DNA of 63,454 nucleotides, counting the filler, from Collodictyon triciliatum (lineage: Eukaryota), in the NCBI GenBank assembly GCA_043381765.1. It is 31 parts of 31 records of this genome, joined end to end, with 100 filler letters (N's around TTAATTAATTAA, not from the genome) between each part and the next. Parts side by side here need not be neighbours in the genome. Positions count along the whole stretch, not along the records: positions 24,633 to 26,583 come from JBHJMP010009836.1; positions 26,684 to 28,633 come from JBHJMP010009837.1; positions 28,734 to 30,683 come from JBHJMP010009838.1; positions 30,784 to 32,733 come from JBHJMP010009839.1; positions 32,834 to 34,782 come from JBHJMP010009840.1; positions 34,883 to 36,831 come from JBHJMP010009841.1; positions 36,932 to 38,881 come from JBHJMP010009842.1; 24 more parts are not named here. One strand, written 5' to 3'. The first letter of the stretch is position 1; every line of letters starts with the position of its first letter. Positions 26,017 to 37,680 of this stretch are shown here, piece by piece. Made by a program: the position numbers and the translations under genes. Below the pieces are notes generated by a model. It had not been told where the DNA came from and did no database searches. It worked only from the letters and a program-made list of their open reading frames with translations.

Positions 26017-26409
26017 ATGTATGCATGTATCTTTAAGTATCATCCTTTATTCTCTATATTTCTGTCGCTGATAATTATATCGACAAAGTATTCAACAAGC
26101 CCCTATTTCATATCGTTCATAAAAGTATTTTTAATTTTGATTTATTAATCGAACGTTATGCAAAGCTATGAAGAGAACATGGAATCCGGTCTCAATCATT
26201 GGCGACAAACCGCACCCATCAATTAATCTGACAGAAAAAGCTGAACAGTATATCTGATATTTATTTTAGTTTTGAATATAAGGACAAATAAATCAGATCG
26301 AATTCGCTTTCCTTCTTTTAATATATAGACTCTAATCATAAATTATTTTGAACATGATATGAGATGCCTTAGCAATTCTTTTTTTTCCTTTTTTTTTCCT
26401 TTTTTTTTT

Positions 26410-26521
<112 letters not shown>

Positions 26522-27019
26522 CTTTTTTTTCCTTTTTTTTCCTTTTTTTTTTCCTTTTTTTCCTTTTTTTCCTTTTTTTCCTTNNNNNNNNNNNNNNNNN
26601 NNNNNNNNNNNNNNNNNNNNNNNNNNNTTAATTAATTAANNNNNNNNNNNNNNNNNNNNNNNNNNNNNNNNNNNNNNNNNNNNTTGAAAAAGAAAATAAA
26701 AATACGTTTGCAGCACAGCGCAGATAAGTCCATCTCACACAATGTCCATCAGTACGGAGTACCCATATCAAGTCACACGAGTGTCTCCCTCGCTCCATGC
26801 AGATACTGACGACTAGAAGTCGGGTTCATTTGGTATGACATATCCTCTCACTCTTACGCTCATATAGCCTAGATTTTTTCTTTCAAAAAAATGGTAAATA
26901 TGCTGGTCTTCTAAGACATCATAATACAGCTTACATCAAACCAACGATAAAAATATGTAAATATAACAGAGGAAATTTTCTAACGAATATGTGGATAACA
27001 CGCGATATACTTACACGAA

Positions 27020-27976
27020 GCAAGATTCAACAATCCACCACCCATTCTTGACAATAAGGTTAGATGGCATCTTGTCATCTCTTTCCTCAATTGCTTCCTT
27101 CGCCTTCTGCACGTTCTTTATCACTCACACCCTGTGAGAAAAGACATGTGGAAAGAGGTTGAGAAAGTCATGAAATTTCGCCTCGCCTCTCTCATTCATT
27201 CATGCATAAGACCCAGACTACGGGCCATTGTGCAGGATGCAATTCTTGATACGTGATTACTTGTCCCGCAATCTAATCAACAAGTAGCGTCCATGCCATG
27301 ATGGCTAGTGAACCGAAGCCAAAGCCTTTGCTATTTTGTACAAACTGATAGGGAGAATAAAAATACATTTAAAAGGCAGGTTGCAATCAGATGTAGATAA
27401 AAAATTCTAATGAAGTAGAAAAAATTCAATCCAATACAGCATGGTAATTTACTACATACCATAAAAAAAATTATTACATTTCACCACGCAATCCAAGAAA
27501 ATTTTACACAACGTTCTGCTAAAAAAAATATATGAAAATTCATTACAGTTCACGTTAACTATAATGAAATCTAAGATACTGAGTTATTCACCCAGTAATA
27601 TCATACCATGTTGCATGATGTCTGTAAGCGAGGACTAATGGCATCTTCTTACATATGCGACTACCGAAGTACGAGGCAGATGCTAAAAAAACATAATAAA
27701 ATTATTCACTCCATCATTAATTGCAAGTGTCTACTTCAGTAACTTCCTATTCAATATTTATAAGTATATATTCAAGAATTGCAAGATTTAACACTCACCC
27801 ACCATAGCCGATATAGACTAGATGACACCATAAAACTATCTTTCATCAAGGCCACCTTCGCCACATCCACGTTCGTAATTACAAACACTCTATGAGAATA
27901 GACATGTGGAAAGAAGCTGAAAAGAGACTAAACCTCGCCTTATCTCTTTGATGCAAGCACAAAACCCAGACTACGG
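27020..27976 (+). mobile_element. Two tandem decayed LINE ORF2 C-termini (27020-27225 and 27781-27976)
   Basis: The copies are mutually homologous (gcaagatt.aaca...gagaa.agacatgtggaaaga...cccagactacgg). Peptide SFLNCFLRLLHVLYHS..RKDMWKEV resembles SFLNSLLKYANSLHYS..RREM*KHV of the element at 28025-28633. Confidence 0.62.
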
Positions 27977-28024
27977 CCAACCCACAGAGATTTTTTTCCT
28001 TTATCCGATTCAAAGTGCAGCGAG

Positions 28025-28633
28025 GTTATGCCATACAAAGGGTCGAGATAGGTGCGCATGGTAGAGAGCAAACGCGAGTGGGGAAGACGCTACCGTGGAG
28101 AGGGTAGCACTGGAAAGAAGTCAGTGATAGCGAGTTGGTCAGGTGGGTGTCCCAACTGGTTGATTGGTTGCGTAGGAAGCAGGGGTTTGATATGCTGTGG
28201 GAGATATCGCGAGACATGTTTCTACATCTCTCTTCGCTTGCGGTCAGAGTAGTGAAGACTGTTGGCGTATTTCAGCAGACTGTTCAGGAAGCTGTATTGC
28301 ACGAGGCTCTCAAGCCTGGATACATTGATTTCTCGTTCGGGTGAATCATTAGAGCTAGAGAATGCGCGCACACTCCACAAGGACCAGAGCATATTCCCCT
28401 TGTGACTGTCCAGAGTATTCTAGAGTCGTGGGTCATTTGGTATTGTGAGCCAAACAGGATGCCTGACGCGCTGAGTCGGTTGGGAGCATAATCGAGCTCA
28501 GAGAGCATCTTGTCGGTAGATTCTGTCAATTTTTGAGCCAGAGAGCACTTCACAAATGTGTGTTCGATAGAGTCATCTCCACTATGGCACATGGTGCATT
28601 CTGGGGAGGTCGTTGCTGCATGGACTACACGCG
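28025..28633 (-). mobile_element. LINE ORF2 C-terminus with CCHC zinc knuckle and 3' end (frameshifted)
   Basis: CTMCHSGDDSIEHTFVKC (C-x2-C-x8-H-x4-C), then ILWTVTRG/NMLWSLWSVR. The 3' end is shared with 37440-37680. Confidence 0.85.
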
Positions 28634-29335
28634 NNNNNNNNNNNNNNNNNNNNNNNNNNNNNNNNNNNNNNNNNNNNTTAATTAATTAANNNNNNNNNNN
28701 NNNNNNNNNNNNNNNNNNNNNNNNNNNNNNNNNGACATGAAAGGAAATCCCGGTTCCTCTTCAGAATCCTCGCACTCGAGCCCTCCACCGCCAACACCGG
28801 ACAAGCCCGCACATCGCAAGACCCAAGAGCAGTGCATCTCCAAACCCCGAAAGAAATCCTCTGAAACTACCCATTCAAACTGACGTGAACATGGTTAACA
28901 TAGGAGGCCTCAAGGTAGTCTTCGTCACTTATTCGAAAGGATACTCAAAGCGAAGGCAACACAAGAACCAGCGCCCACCAAAGATAGTCCGTTTACCCTT
29001 TCCCAGCCCGTCGCACCGAGAACCAAGGAGCAAGAGCAAACACCACAAGCCGAATCCAAGCCTGGAAATCCACACACTAAAGACAGTCCGAGCAAGCAGG
29101 AGCGTATGTTTCTAAAACCACAAATGTGTATCCATACTCCGATTAAGCAAAGTCCACTGCCGGCTACGCATGGCTCCGAAACCAGGGGACGGTCAGGCGC
29201 CACATCCGATAATACCAGACAATCAACAACGATGTATCGCTTTTTGTCTGAGTCGCCCAGCAAGAAACGCAAGGTAAGTGACCCGTTGTCCCCTCAATAG
29301 ATTCATCCAGTGGAATGAAATAGGATGTAAACCTT

Positions 29336-29704
29336 GTCTGAGGTAGATGGTTGAAAGGACTCGTTGGAATCGATTTTAGAAGTAACTGCCATGTGCGTAC
29401 TTTCATCGACCCGACAACTTTCATCCGCTCTTCTGTCAGTCCCGAATACAACCAGAAATCGCGTTGGAGCTGATTCACTTCGGGTAGGATAGTCTGCGTG
29501 TTATTACACTTTCTCTCCTTTCTATTTCCTTTTTTTTTCTTTATTTCCTTTTCTTTTTCTTTCCACCCAAACCACAAAAACTCCAACCACACAATCCGGG
29601 GTTTTCCACTGTCTTGTCCACAGCTCATTTTTGTCCCATAAGCGAAGGTGGTTTCCTCAGCTTTGTTTTTCTCTCGATTGATTTTTGAAATAAAATGGAA
29701 AATA
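29336..29704 (+). mobile_element. 3' end of retroposon family B
   Basis: Homologous to 13455-13910 (-) and 56982-57052 (-). Confidence 0.7.
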
Positions 29705-31011
29705 GGCTTTTTTGTTTGTAAATCAAGGAACGGAATTCTCTCCATCAGTTTTTGTCTTCATTTTTATTTGTGTTTCGATAGTGGATGAAAGAATGAAAGT
29801 AGAAGGAGGGGAATGGCTCTCGGGAAAAAAGCTTGTGCTTAAAAAAACCCGGCCGTGAAAATGTGAGAAGAGGCGGAAGCAAGAGAAGAGAAGAGAGTCA
29901 AGTCAGCGCCGTCGCATTTCTTTAAAAAAAAAATACAATTGATTAACAAAATTATAAATTTAATTCAAGAGAACGTCAACAAATTTTGAAATCGAGACAC
30001 TTACAACTCGAGAGTTGCACTAATCCAAGCGACCATAAAAGAATGAATAATCTGCCTGCATCTTCGAATCAGTAATAAAGTCGACACAAAATAACATCCC
30101 TTAATTTATATTTTGAGATAATAAAGAGAGTAAACATATATGTGATATAAATTAAACCCTTATCCCTGCTGTTCCCAAAATGATATATTGTTTTTTGTTG
30201 GCTTTAGTTTAAACTTCATTTTGCAACAAAAGCATATTCACATGGTTTACAAGATTATGAGCTTATCGTTTATGGTATTGAAATCGAATACAAATCATAC
30301 GCGAATATTCTGAAACAAAATAAATATTAAAAAAAAGGTTTAAAAACAAATGAAAAGGTTGGATACCAATTACACGCTAATTAAAATGAGTAATAAGGCG
30401 TTCATGTATACCGAGTCTCCCTGATAAAAAATGAGCGTTTCATCAGTGTAAGAAAACCTTTCTTTTTTTGAATATACTTTGAATTGAATACAAGAAAAAA
30501 GTCTGATTTCAAACTGAAAATTATAAAACAAACAGCCTAATAATATGAATGCAGAAATGTGTGATACTAGGAAAATTATGAGGCTCTGGAAATGGAAGAA
30601 GCTTAATTGACAGCATTTGATAGATAAGACGATACCAGTTGCTTCTGTTTTGTGCGTTAGTCAATAAATGGTGTTTAAATGAGNNNNNNNNNNNNNNNNN
30701 NNNNNNNNNNNNNNNNNNNNNNNNNNNTTAATTAATTAANNNNNNNNNNNNNNNNNNNNNNNNNNNNNNNNNNNNNNNNNNNNAGACCCAAATAAAAGAC
30801 CCAAATAAAAGACCCAAATAAAAGACCCAAATAAAAGACCCAAATAAAAGACCCAAATAAAAGACCCAAATAAAAGACCCAAATAAAAGACCCAAATAAA
30901 AGACCCAAATAAAAGACCCAAATAAAAGACCCAAATAAAAGACCCAAATAAAAGACCCAAATAAAAGACACCAATAAAAGACACCAATAAAAGACTTCTC
31001 AGAAACCGCCC

Positions 31012-31512
31012 ATGAAGCCCGAGCCACACACGCCAGTCCACAAGAAACAGCGGCTCGGACACAAACTGCAGCCGCACGCAAGCAGGACGGCCGCACAAAG
31101 CGCAAGCACGGCAGCAGAGATTCTCCTGCAGCTGCTCCACTCTGCCGGCCCCCTTGCATCACCCGACTCTCCCCCAAAGGCCCTCCCAGCAACATCCTCA
31201 GACACCCCCGCAAAACCCACCGCACACGACTCCGCCTTCTCGTGGGCGCTTCATTCGCCAACCCTGGAAGCGGCAGACGGAGTCGCGTGTCTCGCAACAT
31301 CGTCGGCCGCGCCCGCGTGCGAAGCAGATGCCGTGCAAGTTGAACCGCTTCTGTGCGACTCGGCCGAGCATCTGCCTTTTGACGGGCCGATGAATCTGAC
31401 AGTCGACTCCCGCGTCGCCCGCGGCCCCCGTGTCTATGTTGCGCGCAAGGAACGTGTTTGCTCCGTCTGCAAGAAGGTCGGCCACAATGCCCGCACATGC
31501 CAGAGTGCATAG
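31012..31512 (+). CDS. GC-rich ORF ending in a CCHC zinc knuckle; probably a transposon-derived C-terminus
   Basis: RVCSVCKKVGHNARTC right before the stop, a motif typical of MULE/pogo-type transposase tails. No catalytic domain is visible. Confidence 0.5.
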   Translation: MKPEPHTPVHKKQRLGHKLQPHASRTAAQSASTAAEILLQLLHSAGPLASPDSPPKALPATSSDTPAKPTAHDSAFSWALHSPTLEAADGVACLATSSAAPACEADAVQVEPLLCDSAEHLPFDGPMNLTVDSRVARGPRVYVARKERVCSVCKKVGHNARTCQSA

Positions 31513-32111
31513 CGGTTGGCTCGTGCCTCGCTTGTGGCTGATATCACTAGATTTTTTTTTTTTTTGTGTGTGTCTGTGTCGTTCTCTCTCTTTTTTCTTC
31601 TGATTTTGTCATCTTATTCACGTTCTCTTTCTGTTGTGTGTTATATATACGTGTCTTTCTCTTTGTCATGCATTTGCCCCTACTTTGTTGCTTTCTTTTA
31701 CATACATTTTTTTGGTTTTTTATTTTTATTTTTTCGTCATTGGGCTGTGGATGGGGAGGAGAATGATAAAAACAGAAATAAACTCGGATTTGGAAAAAGA
31801 ATAAGCTTCTGCTGAAGATATAATTTTGCCTTTTAATTAGAAAAAAGAAAAAAGAAAAAAGAAAAAAGAAAAAAGAAAAAAGAAAAAAGAAAAAAGAAAA
31901 AAGAAAAAAGAAAAAAGAAAAAAGAAAAAAGAATTGAAGTATTAACCATGACAGTTATTTTCAGTGGGTTCTTGTAGCTTTATTAGGTTTTTTTCCGCTT
32001 AGAGATATGCACTCGGAGATTCGAAAGGCTTCATTTTTAATTTTTTTTTTCACACTACTTCAAACAACAAAAAAATAAGAGGTGGTATTTTAGTTTCGCA
32101 TCTTGGTCGAA

Positions 32112-32466
32112 TCACTTCGTTTCCAGCTCCTCTATCCCATCCCAATCTTGAGGAGCTGCGCAATGAAGGAACGGCTAAATTGGACAAAGTCATCATTCAT
32201 TCAGGCGCATTCAAGTTACAGTAGCCTTTTTTGAAAATTTTTTTATCCTTGACTTGGTAATAATCAAAGAAAAGAAAAAAAGAGAATGAAAAAACCTTAG
32301 AGCGCTCAACCAGAATACAGGTCGGCTTATCTGATACAAACATAGGATGTGACAAACAATCGACACATCGCCTGAACTCTTTCTTGTAATAGTAATCAAA
32401 TGCAAGGGCGAATAGCCGAGCCTTTGCCTGTATTTCCTCCGATGAATGGCCCGCACGTCCCATAAC
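32112..32466 (-). CDS. Class III adenylate/guanylate cyclase C-terminal exons (bacterial-like tail)
   Basis: VMGRAG..FALAFDYYYKKEF..DKPTCILVERSK|PFLHCAAPQDWDGIEELETK* contains the PxDWDGxxxLxxK terminal motif. Confidence 0.7.
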
Positions 32467-32539
32467 CTTGACAAAGTTATCACAAAGCGTTCACTTGACC
32501 CATGCTCTGCTAAATTGACTGTGTAACAAAAGAACGGAC

Positions 32540-32733
32540 ACAAAACGAAACAAACGAAACAAACGAAACAAACGAAACAAACGAAACAAACGAAACAAAC
32601 GAAACAAACGAAACAAACGAAGCAAACGAAGCAAAGGAAGCAAAGGAAGCAAAGGAAGCAAAGGAAGCAAAGGAAGCAAAGGAAGCAAAGGAAGCAAAGG
32701 AAGCAAAGGAAGCAAAGGAAGCAAAGGAAGCAA
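32540..32733. repeat. Example of the long simple repeats at most contig ends: 9-mer array grading AAACGAAAC to AAACGAAGC to AAAGGAAGC
   Basis: Read directly. Other arrays include (GAAAGA)n ~1830, (GAAGAT)n ~4111, (GATA)n ~5970, (AAT)n ~20331 and ~46126, (AGACCCAAATAAA)n ~30784, (AAAG)n ~38982, (TATG)n ~41031. Confidence 0.95.
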
Positions 32734-33916
32734 NNNNNNNNNNNNNNNNNNNNNNNNNNNNNNNNNNNNNNNNNNNNTTAATTAATTAANNNNNNNNNNN
32801 NNNNNNNNNNNNNNNNNNNNNNNNNNNNNNNNNCCACAAGAAAGGGAAAGGTTTTCCTTTTTCCTATAAAAAAATTCAGGCCGAGTTTCCATCGTATTCA
32901 TGCTAAATATGGATTTTGTTTGTGGAAATTAACGGGTTTCGTCTAGAATCATTACTATTACAGACCATTTTCCTTACACCCTTTAAAAACCGAGTTTGAT
33001 ATATCATATGTGCAAAGGCTCACAAACAAGTTCAAATCTTCTTTCCCCTCAGTTCTGTGAGTAGGGTTGATTAGCCAGTCACCTTATCCTCTTGCACGCC
33101 ATTACGAGAAGAGAATCCACCGAGAGAAAGGAGCACTGAAAGTTTTGCAAATAGAATTCTCAACCCTTCATCGTTTGCTCCATATTTTGAGCTGTATATG
33201 ATTTTAAACTTATATTATGCCTCAATGGAAAGTACAAGGACATCAACAACAAATTATTATTTCTAGTAGCAGCGCTATTTTTCGTTATTGAGAATGAAAT
33301 GAGTGAGGTGAATGCATTTATAAACAAGCACATTCAAAGGTACAAGTATGCACACGTACTAATATTCTTGCATGTAAAAATAGATTAAAAACATGAAGAT
33401 TACAGATGAAAAGTGAAGGCACGAAAGGTTTATAGCTGTGTGTGTGTGGTCTTTTTCTTATGCTTATTCACAATGAATTCCAGGATTATGATGGAGGAAA
33501 GAGTGAACAAAAAATACATTTTAAATTGACATTAAACATACAAGTTCTATTACATGAGCTACTTTATTCATGAATTTCCTTCTTTTTTTCTCCCATTTGT
33601 ATTCGTGCATATCTTTGTGAAATTTGCGATTCTCTTTCGCCAGCCGACAGAATGTTCTCATCAAATTTTAGCGGGCGAGTTACTTGTTGTATACGTTAAA
33701 GTACGGGGGGAGACCACGTCCTTATTATAAGAAGCAAATATTGAGCGGGGACGATTATATAAAACGTATGTTCAAACAACTAAAGGACAGTAAGAGGCCA
33801 TAATTAAGATATCTTTTTTCATCATGATATTGAATTATGCTTAATATAATGACAATTCAATGTCACATCACAAAAACAAATCGATGCACATTAGAGAAAT
33901 CGAATAGGATACTTAC

Positions 33917-34388
33917 TTGGTCATCTGATAAAGCAGCCATAATTCTCTCGAGTTCATCAGGATACCTCTCATCAAAGTTTCTCAGAGACGCAATACATTG
34001 AGCCTGCTGCGCAGATACGAGGTTTGTGATAAACTGAGGAAGAAGTCCTCCATAATTCATCTAATATTTGTATATGGTGGCACCGACGGTCATGATATAT
34101 TGTTTCATATACAACTCAAAAAAAATAGGAATACATTCAAGTATTATTACATGGGCTGCAGAAAAGTGATTTTTTTATTTTATTCATTTTTTTAGGCTGT
34201 AGAAAAGGGATCATATGAATAATTGTAGCAAATACATAGAAAGTAGAAATGGCTATGGTTTTTGAAAACGGTGAGTGCACCTGACATATGAGGGATATTT
34301 TTGTCTTGGCTCCATCTCGGTGATTACTAGATAAAATCCACCCTGAAAACTTGAGTTCACCACGAACGTAGCTCACTCTGGTTGGGGC
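33917..34388 (-). CDS. START lipid-binding domain protein, internal exons
   Basis: SYVRGELKFSGWIL..KTKISLICQ|MNYGGLLPQFITNLV matches the START C-terminal strands and helix. Confidence 0.75.
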
Positions 34389-35052
34389 CTGGAATGAAAT
34401 TAAATGGGACGATTAGATATTTTTGAGTTCAGACAACACAAAAACCAAGACAAAAATCAAGACAAAAATCAAGACAAAAACCAAGACAAAAACCAAGACA
34501 AAAACCAAGACAAAAACCAAGACAAAAACCAAGACAAAAACCAAGACAAAAACCAAAACCAAAACCAAAACCAAAACCAAAACCAAAACCAAAACCAAAA
34601 CCAAAACCAAAACCAAAACCAAAACCAAAACCAAAACCAAAACCAAAACTAAAACCAAAACCAAAACCAAAACTAAAACCAAAACCAAAAACCAAAATAT
34701 ATGAGAAAATACGAAGCATTGTGAACATGAAAAATAAAAACAACCCGATTTGACACAAACAAATCAAATGAGAATCCAATCCNNNNNNNNNNNNNNNNNN
34801 NNNNNNNNNNNNNNNNNNNNNNNNNNTTAATTAATTAANNNNNNNNNNNNNNNNNNNNNNNNNNNNNNNNNNNNNNNNNNNNTTTTGTTTTGATTTTTTT
34901 TTTTGTCTTCGTTTTTTATTCCATTCTATGGGTGCGTGATATTGTCTACGATAATTTGTTTTGAAAAAAATAATCATAGTTTGAATATAAATATATTTAA
35001 GTTACTCAAGGTTCGGAAAGAAATAAGTCCCTCCCAGTTCTAACATGGAGAC

Positions 35053-36330
35053 CCAATGATTAAGGTATACATCAAAGAGTGTGCTAATATTCCGGAAGTT
35101 TTTGGACGAAGTCTTCCCCGAGGCCGAATATGGAGACAAAATGCTGGAGAGGGGCCTTCAATTAAAATATAAATTAGTCAAACACAAACTTCATAACAAA
35201 GACAATATGTAATGAAATCGTATATGTTTGTAGCTATATCACAAACCACCTTTGTGTAACTAAACCAAATGATATATATATATATATATATAAATTCATG
35301 ACGAACCGCGAAAGTGTGGCCGCTTGGACCCCAGGATGTGAAATAATAGATGATCTTACGTCTTGCACTTTGTTGTAAATGATTTGCATGTACTCGGGAT
35401 TGGAACCCAGATCAACACGGGGAATCAGATCAATTGAATAACCGATGTTCAATCCAACCTTGAGCACGTTGAACATGTAATGAGGAAGGATAGACTCGAC
35501 AGAAGAGAAACCGAATAATAGATAACTTTCCATTTCAGCCGCAGGGAGGGTCAATGATATCAAAACAAGCTTTTCTATAGGTCCACCACGAAGAACGCGA
35601 ACAGTCCCAATCTTGGAAGTTTTCCATTCGGTTTTTGTTTGGTTATTTTATTTTATTTTATTTTATTTTATTTTATTTTATTTTATTTTATTTTATTTTA
35701 TTTTATTTTATTTTATTTTTTTATTTTATTTTATTTTATAGTGTTTTATTCTAATTTATTCTATTTGTTCTATTTTGTTTTTTGTTTTTTGTTTTTTTTG
35801 TTTGTGTTGGTTTGTGTTGGTTTATGTTGGTTTATGTTGGTTTATGTTGGTTTATGTTGGTTTATGTTGGTTTATGTTGGTTTATGTTGGTTTATGTTGG
35901 TTTATGTTGGTTTATGTTGCTCGTGAAGTCGTTTATTTATAGAGTTATTCATTTCTTGCCTGTATACATGTTCATTTGTTGGATTTGAGAGGAAGGCATA
36001 GCTATGATAAGTTAGCTGACGATATGAGAAGCAGGTTCATTTTTATCTTTCTTCAATGCGCGCTATATGAAGTATTTTTTGTTTTTGTTTTTGTTTTTGT
36101 TTTTGTTTTTGTTTTTGTTTTTGTTTTTGTTTTTGTTTTTGTTTTTGTTCAAGACGTGATCTGATATATTAAAATGATCACCTGTTCGCCTCGATCTACA
36201 CGAAGGAGGGTGAGATATGGACCTCCCTTCTGTGAAAATATTTCTTCCATATTAAAGCGCGAAACAAGGTAGTCGAGATGCTGCAAGACTTTCACGTCTG
36301 CTGAGTGATGTTGCATCGTTTGCTGCGATG
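35053..36330 (-). CDS. Red chlorophyll catabolite reductase (RCCR/ACD2)-like ferredoxin-dependent bilin reductase, internal exons
   Basis: Spliced ..GEQ|IGTVRVLRGGPIEKLV..LPHYMFNV..IDLIPRVDLGSNPEYMQIIY..|..ILSPY..FDVYLNHW. DLxPRxDLxxxPxY is characteristic of RCCR-like proteins. Confidence 0.68.
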
Positions 36331-36931
36331 CTATTAGAGAAATGTACATATGCACATAGATTAAGTAATTGGCCTGTCAGTTGGTTCTTGTCTTCGCTCC
36401 TTATTATTTTATAAATAAAAAAATAGTAGGATGGATGGAGGAAAGATAATAAAAAAAAAAAAAAGAATTTTGAACGATAATAGCGAAGAGATATTATAAT
36501 AGAAGGCTTGTCTACATAAAAATAAGAAGGAAGTGAATGCTTTGCGTTGGGCTGTAAGAAACAAAGCAATCATTCGATGAACATGACCTTATAATCTATG
36601 TTATTTTTTCCTCCTGTATAATCTAGAAGGATACACCTAAACGGAAGAATCTTTACCCATGATTGGGGTGAAGGCATCGGCTGGCAAGGATGCGCCTAAG
36701 TGGTATTGAGACGACTGCGAAATCGAACGGGCCAGCTAAAAGAAGAAGAAGAAGAAGAAGAAGAAGAAGAAGAAGAAGAAGAAGAAGAAGAAGAAGAAGA
36801 AGAAGAAGAAGAAGAAGAAGAAGAAGAAGAANNNNNNNNNNNNNNNNNNNNNNNNNNNNNNNNNNNNNNNNNNNNTTAATTAATTAANNNNNNNNNNNNN
36901 NNNNNNNNNNNNNNNNNNNNNNNNNNNNNNN

Positions 36932-37680
36932 CTTTGCCAAACACTCCCGAGGCGCTACTAGCGCGGTTGAAGATTCTGTATGAAAACTGTGAAATGTGCG
37001 AGTTTACTCAACCACACGCTGTTACGGGGCAAATTTGCTGGGATAGAGCAAGAGACATCTGTATCAACAAGTCGAGAGAAGGAAACAGCTCATTCATTCT
37101 GCAACATGTCGCTTTCCAAAAGGATAGGAGCTTTGCATCGTCGAAAAATGCAACGATATTTCACTCCTCGAATGCAACAGCCAACCACAGTCGTCCTAAA
37201 CAACAAAGGAGAATGGCGCTCACGCCGCCTGACCTCTTGTGGAGCGCCGTCGCCATTTTTCTGTCGCATGAATAACTAAAAGGCAGTTGATTACACCTGA
37301 CTCACTGAATTATCTATGGCCATGGCGTATTCCAAGCTGTTTCGATACAAAATCATCAGTCCTAATCCTTAATAACCGGAGAAAATGAGTAAATGGGCCG
37401 AAACTATACGCATTACAGACAAATATTAGAAAAAAGAAGGAACACAACATTCTTCGATACTTTGACTGCAAGAAAATAGAGATGTGTAATGTGCGTCGTG
37501 CGATACCTCCCACAAAATATCGAAACCCATATTACCCACGCAACCAATCAACCAGTTGGGCCGCCCACCTCTCCCTAACGCCCACTGATTTTTTTCCAGT
37601 GCTAGCCTCTTCTCAGTAACATCTTCTCCTAATCGCGTTTGCTCTGTACCATGTGCACCATCTCATCCCTTTTTATGGCA
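36932..37680 (+). mobile_element. Internally deleted LINE copy: pre-zf-RVT segment (36932-37420) joined to the 3' end (37440-37680)
   Basis: The first part is homologous to 8935-9346. The second part (cgcaaccaatcaaccagttggg..ttccagtgcta..tcgcgtttgctct) is homologous to 28030-28270. Confidence 0.78.

Noticed and set aside
29630..29675. GCGAA-containing conserved core as a possible HDV-like ribozyme
   Set aside because: The nested double pseudoknot could not be built, and the motif sits at the element's 3' end rather than its 5' end.
36932..37420. RIP-like or methylation-driven hypermutation of repeat copies
   Set aside because: Some G-to-A/C-to-T bias is visible, but transversions and indels are also common; cannot be supported without a consensus.
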